Shown here in pieces: positions 57,533 through 64,000 of a stretch of DNA of 64,000 nt. This DNA is from Nanobdellota archaeon (GTDB taxonomy: Archaea > Nanobdellota > Nanobdellia > Pacearchaeales > GW2011-AR1), in the NCBI GenBank assembly GCA_038046005.1, contig JBBSXB010000001.1:96001-160000 (forward strand), read 5' to 3'. Each line of letters starts with the position of its first letter. Position 1 is the first letter of the stretch. The position numbers and the translations under genes were made by a program. The notes under the pieces are model-generated. The model was not told the origin of the DNA, did not search any database, and saw only the letters and a list, made by a program, of their open reading frames with translations.

Positions 57533-57654
57533 TCTTTATTTTATGAACCCTAATTTATAAAAGAATCGGAACTTTTCAATTCGTTAAAAGCTCACTTTAT
57601 TCATCTTGGTTCACACATAGAAACATATTTAAAATAATTTTGTTTAGTAACGGC

Positions 57655-58221
57655 ATGATAGAGGTGGGTTTTTTAGCATGGAGTGGTTTCTATGGCGGGA
57701 CTATTGGAAACTTACTGCTTCAATGGGAGCAATTTGGAATTTTTAGTTATCTTATTCCATTCTTAATGATTTTCGCACTTGTATTTGGAATACTAAATCA
57801 GATGAAGCTTTTCCAAGAGAATAAAGCAATCAATTCTATTCTTGCTTTGGCTGTGGGATTAATGTCTTTGCAGTTTGATTTCGTGCCGAGATTTTTTTCA
57901 GAAGTGTTTCCTAGGGTCGGAGTTGGATTAGCAATAATACTTGTTATAATAATACTTGCTGGGTTATTTATAGATCCTTCAAAACCTGGGATTGGTTGGA
58001 CGCTTTTGGCTGTGGGGGCTGTAATAATTATTGTCGTGTTAATTAATACATCTACATCTTTAGGATGGAACATTGGATCTGGCTGGTTGCAACAGAATTG
58101 GGATGTCATACTTGGGCTTATCATATTCTTGGTCTTGATTGGGGTAATTGTTGGTTCTAGCAAGCCTAGGAGTGACATGAAACCATATGCCCCAGTAATG
58201 TTCAGGCACTATAGTCATTAA
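57655..58221 (+). CDS. Multi-pass membrane protein, paralog of 56645-57142
   Basis: PFLMIFALVFGIL..LF..NKAINSILALAVGL. Confidence 0.7.
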   Translation: MIEVGFLAWSGFYGGTIGNLLLQWEQFGIFSYLIPFLMIFALVFGILNQMKLFQENKAINSILALAVGLMSLQFDFVPRFFSEVFPRVGVGLAIILVIIILAGLFIDPSKPGIGWTLLAVGAVIIIVVLINTSTSLGWNIGSGWLQQNWDVILGLIIFLVLIGVIVGSSKPRSDMKPYAPVMFRHYSH

Positions 58222-58307
58222 GGTTGGTTTTTGTAAGAAATTTTTTTGATGTTTATGTTTTACGCAATTTGACAATATAGATGAAGGTTTATACTTAGTA
58301 ATGTCAA

Positions 58308-58976
58308 CTATCTTCTGGGGTCTACCATCTTACTGAAAGATGACTGCATCATTTCCATTTCTTTTTTTATTGAGTTAAGATTACTGCCATACGAGCCGAT
58401 TTTGTCAAGTATAGAAATCTGAAGACTGTCTATTATTGATTCAATCCTCTGAAGCTTTTCTTCCATTATTTTCAATTTTGTTTCTGACAAAACTTTGAAT
58501 TCGTTTAAAGCATCTAGTGGCCTTTCAATTTTTTTTATTTTATCAGAAAATACCTGTTCTGCAACTTCTATAAGGGTTGACGTATCTGTTCCAGATGAAG
58601 TGTATTCTTGCTCTTGGGGATAATATTCTTGTGTTTCTTGAGGATAATAAGTATTATCTTGCTGATAATTTTGGTATTGCTGTGGGTACTGTTGTTGGGG
58701 TTGGTAAATTTGCTGTGTCGCCTGATTTTGGGAAAGGTTATTTGGCTGGGGGGCATAAGTATCTTGATTAGACGAAGGATAAGCCTCAGGGGACTGAGAG
58801 TAATCTATTATTGACTGCTGCATCTCATCTCCATAAACTGCGTTTTTTATTTGTGCCTGGTTTAATGCATCCTGAATCTCTTTTGGAGGGACTCCCTGAT
58901 TTTGGAGATACCTAATTATCTCAGAGTCATTCTTTCCAGAATTTTTCATCTGCATCACATAATCTAACACTCCCAT
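58308..58976 (-). CDS. Hypothetical protein: helical N-domain, Q/Y/P-rich linker, C-terminal coiled coil
   Basis: YPQQQYPQ low-complexity region followed by heptads. Confidence 0.7.
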   Translation of the reverse strand: MGVLDYVMQMKNSGKNDSEIIRYLQNQGVPPKEIQDALNQAQIKNAVYGDEMQQSIIDYSQSPEAYPSSNQDTYAPQPNNLSQNQATQQIYQPQQQYPQQYQNYQQDNTYYPQETQEYYPQEQEYTSSGTDTSTLIEVAEQVFSDKIKKIERPLDALNEFKVLSETKLKIMEEKLQRIESIIDSLQISILDKIGSYGSNLNSIKKEMEMMQSSFSKMVDPRR

Positions 58977-59013
58977 TTTTCTTTTTTACCTTTTTTGTTA
59001 ATTTAATGAGTTC

Positions 59014-59355
59014 TTAGTTCTTTTTTAATTTTTCTAAGTCTGATTTTCTTAAAAAATCCAAAGGCTGGAACATTTTTGCCTGTTTTGACAATATTTCCAA
59101 ATCTTCTTTCCTTGCAAATTTAGAGAACTCTGAAGAAGCTGTTTCAACAAAATTTTTTAACCTGTTTAATGTTGATTTTATTTCTTCAAAGTCTTTTTTT
59201 AATATTAACACATCTTGGGTGAAATTTTCTTTTACTTCTACTAAGTTTTCACCTATCAAAAGAAGTCGGTCTTTTAGTATCCTATTTTTTTCTTCGAGGT
59301 CCCTGAGCTTCAAATTGATGTCTGTGTAATACTGGAAATTATAGTCTTCAGTCAT
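59014..59355 (-). CDS. Coiled-coil hypothetical protein
   Basis: LRDLEEKNRILKDRLLLIG...FARKEDLEIL..QAKMFQP. Confidence 0.7.
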   Translation of the reverse strand: MTEDYNFQYYTDINLKLRDLEEKNRILKDRLLLIGENLVEVKENFTQDVLILKKDFEEIKSTLNRLKNFVETASSEFSKFARKEDLEILSKQAKMFQPLDFLRKSDLEKLKKN

Positions 59356-59437
59356 TAGATAGTTAGTATTTATGAGTTTAAAATGTTTTTCGTGTTGATA
59401 TACAAAATAATTTAAACTTTCAAATACTCTTCAAACA

Positions 59438-61723
59438 ATGATACCCAATGAAACGCAATTATACTCTTCTGAGGTGAAAAGACAGGGGGGAGAGGATGTT
59501 CTTTACATTAACTATCTTGGTGCACCTTTTGTTCCAGATGTCGCCGAAAGTCCAGAAGTTATGGAAAGAGTAGTTGACTCTTTGATAAAAAATCCTAACG
59601 TTTCGAGGGTTGTTTTAGTGCAACAAAAAAATTATAATTATGATTCTAGGGAAGTTAATTTTCTTTTAGAGACTGCTCAGCTTTATGTTTTCCTGATAAA
59701 ACAGGAAAGAATTCTTTCTCAAGATAAAATTGTGACTAATATTCCCCAATTTTTTGCAGAAAGATACAACAGGCTTTTTTCGTTTTTGTTTTTGCTGAAG
59801 AAAGATCCAGTCTATGCCTACTTTGAACTGAGGAAAGATCTGATTTCAGCGAGAGTCATGCTTGAAAGAGTCGATGCTTTTTATAAACTGGACCAGGCTA
59901 ATTATGTTCACTTTTTAGAGAAGATATTTCAGTTACTAGAAAATTCTAGGCTAATACAATTTCTTCTTCCTTATTTTGAAGATTATAAAAGTGGAAGCAG
60001 AGAAATTTATCATAAAATATTCAAGCCTGACGTGATACCAAATTTTACTTTTACCCGGCTGGTTTCTGATCTTCCAGATGATGTGGAAATTATTGACCAA
60101 TACAAAATTAATCCTGAAAATTTTGAGGAAGCCATTGTGACAATATTAAAAAGAAAGAATGATGCGAAACTGATATATCATTTAGTTCCTCCTGAAAATT
60201 CCCTTCCAGAAGAACATAACATTCTTTTGAATCTCGCGAGAAGAGTTCTTATAGAGCATCAGCCAAAGGCGGAAGAATTCACAGACACTGAAAGAACTAG
60301 GCAGGTTTTTTTCAACATTTCCAAAGATTTATTGCAAGACTTGGCACAAAGCCAGAGAATAAAACTGAATTATGATGATCTTAATAAACTTGCGACTATT
60401 TTAGTAAGACACACTATTGGATTTGGTATTGTTGAAGTCTTGCTTCAGGATAAAAATCTTCAAGATATCTCTCTCAACGCACCAATTTCTCAAACCCCGA
60501 TTTTTGTAAGACATCAAAAATATGACGAGTGTGTGACAAATGTTTTGCCCAGCCAAGAGGATGCTGATTCTTGGGCAGCCAAATTTAGAGTTATTTCTGG
60601 GAGACCTTTGGACGAAGCTAATCCTATATTGGACACTCAGCTTGAAATTGGGAAAATTCGAGCGAGAATTGCTATCATCCAGAGACCTTTGTCTCCTGAT
60701 GGTTTAGCTTATTCAATAAGGAGGCATAGGGATGAACCATGGACGCTACCATTGTTTATACAAACAAAAATGTTAAATCCATTTTCGGCCGGGCTTTTGA
60801 GTTTTTTAATTGATGGGGCAAGGACAATGTTGATAGCCGGAACAAGAAGCTCTGGAAAAACTTCTTTGCTTGGAAGTTTGATGTTGGAGATAATTCCTAA
60901 ATATCGGGTCATTGTTATTGAAGATTCCTTAGAGCTGCCTTTTGATTCCTTAAGGAAATTGGGTTATGATATTTTAAGAATGAAGGTCCGGTCATCTTTA
61001 CTTAAGGAAACTTCAGAAGTTTCTGCAGATGATGGAATAAGGACTAGCCTGAGACTTGGGGATTCTTGTCTGATAATTGGGGAGGTCAGGAGTCTTGAAG
61101 CCAAGGCCCTTTACGAAGCTATGAGGGTTGGTGCACTGGCAAATGTCGTTGCTGGAACAATACACGGAGCCTCACCTTACGGAGTTTTTGACAGGGTTGT
61201 AAATGATCTCGAAGTGCCTGCAACAAGTTTTAAAGCAACAGACATTATCGCTGTTGCGAACCCTATTAAAACTGCTGATGGCCTGCATTCTTGGAGAAGA
61301 CTTGTCCAGATTTCTGAAGTCAGGAAACACTGGAGAAAAGATCCATTGGAAGAAAAAGGGTTTGTTGATTTGCTTAACTATAATGTTGAGAAGGATGAGC
61401 TAGAGGCCAGCGAAGATTTAATCAATGGGGACAGCGAAATTATAAAATCAGTTGCCTCAACAGTCAAAGGCTGGGCGGGAAATTGGGATGCAGTTTATGA
61501 TAATGTATTATTAAGGGCCAACATAAAAAAAGAAGTTGTTAATATGGCTGAGAAATTAAAAAATCCTCGGCTTCTTGAAGCCGAATTCACTGTCCTGGCC
61601 AATGATGCTTTTCATAAAATATCTTCTAAGGTCAGAGAAGAGATTGGATTGCCATTAAGTGAGAGGGTTTTTCCAGAATGGCAAAAGTGGTTGAACACAC
61701 AAATTAAGAAAAAGACAATTTGA
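59438..61723 (+). CDS. Type II/IV secretion (VirB11/TadA/ArlI-like) ATPase
   Basis: AGTRSSGKT Walker A, IEDSLEL Asp box, SLRLGD..IIGEVR and GTIHG His box. Confidence 0.93.
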   Translation: MIPNETQLYSSEVKRQGGEDVLYINYLGAPFVPDVAESPEVMERVVDSLIKNPNVSRVVLVQQKNYNYDSREVNFLLETAQLYVFLIKQERILSQDKIVTNIPQFFAERYNRLFSFLFLLKKDPVYAYFELRKDLISARVMLERVDAFYKLDQANYVHFLEKIFQLLENSRLIQFLLPYFEDYKSGSREIYHKIFKPDVIPNFTFTRLVSDLPDDVEIIDQYKINPENFEEAIVTILKRKNDAKLIYHLVPPENSLPEEHNILLNLARRVLIEHQPKAEEFTDTERTRQVFFNISKDLLQDLAQSQRIKLNYDDLNKLATILVRHTIGFGIVEVLLQDKNLQDISLNAPISQTPIFVRHQKYDECVTNVLPSQEDADSWAAKFRVISGRPLDEANPILDTQLEIGKIRARIAIIQRPLSPDGLAYSIRRHRDEPWTLPLFIQTKMLNPFSAGLLSFLIDGARTMLIAGTRSSGKTSLLGSLMLEIIPKYRVIVIEDSLELPFDSLRKLGYDILRMKVRSSLLKETSEVSADDGIRTSLRLGDSCLIIGEVRSLEAKALYEAMRVGALANVVAGTIHGASPYGVFDRVVNDLEVPATSFKATDIIAVANPIKTADGLHSWRRLVQISEVRKHWRKDPLEEKGFVDLLNYNVEKDELEASEDLINGDSEIIKSVASTVKGWAGNWDAVYDNVLLRANIKKEVVNMAEKLKNPRLLEAEFTVLANDAFHKISSKVREEIGLPLSERVFPEWQKWLNTQIKKKTI

Positions 61724-61836
61724 TTAATGTTGATTCTTTAATTCACTAACTTTATAAATTATCATCGCTATATTGGCCAGACTGAAATTCCTTGAATTTC
61801 GTCAAATCAGTTTATTGCAGGAGGTTAAAACGTATT

Positions 61837-62862
61837 ATGAAGAGGTGGCTCAGTCTTGTATTCGGTCTTTTGGTGATAGGTATCTTAGTTTACGTACTAA
61901 AGGATATTGATTTATATGAGCTTTATCTTATATTTACTTACCTTAATCCATTTTGGCTTTCTTTGGCATTTATTGCAATGTTCTTGACTTTTGTGATATG
62001 GGCTCTGAAATTGATTTATATTTTTAGGCCGTACATAAAGGGAAATTTTTGGTTCTTTCTCCAGGCAATTTTCGCAGGAGCTTTTTTTGCAACGTTAACC
62101 CCAGATCCTGGTTTTAGCGCTGAGCCCGTTAAAGCTTATTTTATTTCTGAGAAATACAAAAAACCAAAAACTAAAGTTTTCAGCTATGTCTTAGCAGAGG
62201 CTTTTTTCAGAATCTTAGCCTTAATTTTGCTGACATTTATTGCAGTTTTTCTTGTTTTTGTATACCTCGACATTTCTGAAACTTTAAGAATTATTTTTTA
62301 TGCAATTTTGGTTTCTATCACTTTAGGGTCAGCTATAGCTTTTTATCTTATAATGAAAAAAAGCCATTTTAAAATAGGGGTACTTTTTAAGAGATTGCAC
62401 ATTTTCAGATTTATAAAAAAGAGATTCAAAACCGCTGATGATTTTGAGAAATTCATCAATCATCATGTAAGAAGTTTCGTGAATACGTTCAGGAAGATTG
62501 TGAAGGATAAAAAGAAGGCCTTTATCGGCATTTCTCTTTCAATCGTATTCTGGGTGTTAAATTTCTTGGTTGCTTATTTTTTATTTTTATCTTTTGGAAG
62601 GGAAGTTAATATTTTTTCCATCGCAGTAGTGTTTGTCATGGGGAGTTTAGTCGGAAGCTTTTCGCCTGTTCCTGGAGGAATTGGAATCACCGAGGGCAGC
62701 ATGACCCTTCTCTATTCGGCATTGGGTGTCCCTTTTGCGTTTGCTTTGGTCATATCTTTCCTGCAAAGAATAGTATATTATCTATTCTCTTTGGTTGTCG
62801 GAGGTATTTGTTTTATTAATCTCAAAAGGTCAAACAACGGCGGGAAATTTAGCTTATTCTAA
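61837..62862 (+). CDS. UPF0104 / lysylphosphatidylglycerol-synthase TM (flippase-like) protein
   Basis: TP....EPVKAY and PVPGGIGITEG..R motifs. Confidence 0.85.
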   Translation: MKRWLSLVFGLLVIGILVYVLKDIDLYELYLIFTYLNPFWLSLAFIAMFLTFVIWALKLIYIFRPYIKGNFWFFLQAIFAGAFFATLTPDPGFSAEPVKAYFISEKYKKPKTKVFSYVLAEAFFRILALILLTFIAVFLVFVYLDISETLRIIFYAILVSITLGSAIAFYLIMKKSHFKIGVLFKRLHIFRFIKKRFKTADDFEKFINHHVRSFVNTFRKIVKDKKKAFIGISLSIVFWVLNFLVAYFLFLSFGREVNIFSIAVVFVMGSLVGSFSPVPGGIGITEGSMTLLYSALGVPFAFALVISFLQRIVYYLFSLVVGGICFINLKRSNNGGKFSLF

Positions 62863-62911
62863 AGATTTATTAATTGTTTTTGGTTTGTTTAATAATAAAA
62901 ATTGGTGAAAA

Positions 62912-64000
62912 ATGCCTCCCAGAAAATCTAGTGTTGAAGACATTCTAAAAAAATATGGGGCAAGAATAGAGAGTCAAATACAGACTTCTGATTCTGGCTA
63001 TAGCAGCGAGTATACAAAGTTTAAGGATGAACTTTCTCCTGAACTAACAAGATATGAAAAGCTCTGCAGATCTTTAGGAAGTTTCATCAGATTAAATATT
63101 TCTGAAAAAGATAAACAAGCCGTAAGTTCTCAGTTGCGAGCAGCCCATGTTGATGTCGAGCCCTGGCAGGCTTTGAATCTGGCTGTGATGTCTTTTGTGT
63201 TTGTATTTGTTTTGGGAATCTTGATTTCAATCGGAACAGTCTCGATTAATGGAGACTTTGCAAGTTTTCCATTTTTGTTTTTTCTGCTGACTATGATTTT
63301 AGCAACGTTCTTGTTTTATTTCATGAAAGGATATCCAGCAAGACTTGCAAACAGATGGAGACTTAAAGCCTCTTCTCAAATGGTTCCGGCGATACTTTAC
63401 ATTGTGATTTATATGAGGCACACACCTAATTTAGAAAAGGCCATAGCTTTTGCTTCGGAAAATTTGCAGCCTCCTTTAGCCCTGGATTTTAAAAAAGTTT
63501 TTTATGATGTTGAAATTGGTAAATTTTCTAGCATAAAAGATAGCTTGGATAATTATCTTGAAAACTGGAGAGGATATTCTACGGAGTTTATAGAGGCCTT
63601 TCATCTTATTGAAAGCAGCTTGTTTGAACCAGACAATTCCAGAAGAATAATTACTCTGGAAAAAGCGTTGCAAGTTGTCTTGGACGGGATTTATGACAAG
63701 ATGCTTAAATTTACTCATACTGTTCGGTCCCCTTTGACTAATGTTTACATGTTAGGAGTTGTTCTTCCAACCTTGGCATTGGCTTTACTTCCATTGGCAT
63801 CTGCAATGCTTGGGGGAATTTTAACTTGGGTTCATGTTGTTATAATTTTTAACTTGATAATTCCATTTTTTGTTTTTTATTTAACGGACAAAATTATGTT
63901 TTTGAGGCCTGGTGGGCATGGAGAAACTTCTTTGCTTGAAAGACACCCATTATACAAAGAATATTCCAGCAAGAAACATTATGTCAATACATTTATCTTA
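62912..64000 (+). CDS. TadC/type II secretion F-family membrane platform protein, 3' end outside the window
   Basis: ATG 62912 reads MPPRKSSVEDILKKYG, with QMVPAILYIVIYMRHTPNLEKAI and LTNVYMLGVVLPTL; follows the secretion ATPase. Not in the ORF track. Confidence 0.8.
   Translation, partial: MPPRKSSVEDILKKYGARIESQIQTSDSGYSSEYTKFKDELSPELTRYEKLCRSLGSFIRLNISEKDKQAVSSQLRAAHVDVEPWQALNLAVMSFVFVFVLGILISIGTVSINGDFASFPFLFFLLTMILATFLFYFMKGYPARLANRWRLKASSQMVPAILYIVIYMRHTPNLEKAIAFASENLQPPLALDFKKVFYDVEIGKFSSIKDSLDNYLENWRGYSTEFIEAFHLIESSLFEPDNSRRIITLEKALQVVLDGIYDKMLKFTHTVRSPLTNVYMLGVVLPTLALALLPLASAMLGGILTWVHVVIIFNLIIPFFVFYLTDKIMFLRPGGHGETSLLERHPLYKEYSSKKHYVNTFIL

Noticed and set aside
58600-58800. Q/Y/P-rich repeats as a functional DNA repeat
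   Set aside because: Codons vary and the motif is not seen outside the ORF; this looks like ordinary protein low complexity.

Overview
This low-GC archaeal window has the gene content and compact gene style expected of a DPANN archaeon, most like Pacearchaeota/Woesearchaeota (inferred, not searched). From left to right: (i) a surface-glycan biosynthesis island (1-14.3 kb) ending in a decayed rmlB and an rmlD-like::secD chimera next to intact secD-secF; (ii) tRNA-Gly/Arg/Leu including an unusual tRNA-Leu(AAG), a stand-alone 5S rRNA, rnp4, rpoN and a pseudogenised ABC transporter; (iii) ribosomal protein/RNA polymerase clusters; (iv) an origin-proximal block with a truncated large serine recombinase, repeated palindromic sites separating small gene cassettes, two convergent coiled-coil/winged-helix genes with DNA repeats inside and around them, a PRC-barrel gene, oriC (ORBs plus AT-rich DUE), cdc6 and polD; (v) housekeeping genes (tyrS, DRG GTPase, ArmA/FmrO-like methyltransferase, M16 peptidase), two TA modules stacked behind a 41-bp duplication, a Cys-rich secreted protein, a split Hef with cmk in between, and the start of a type IV pilus/secretion locus. 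The best candidates for an undescribed system are the serine recombinase with its repeat-bounded cassettes (26.1-28.55 kb) and the adjacent wHTH/iteron-like module (28.6-30.6 kb). All calls come from reading motifs by eye; no database searches were run.
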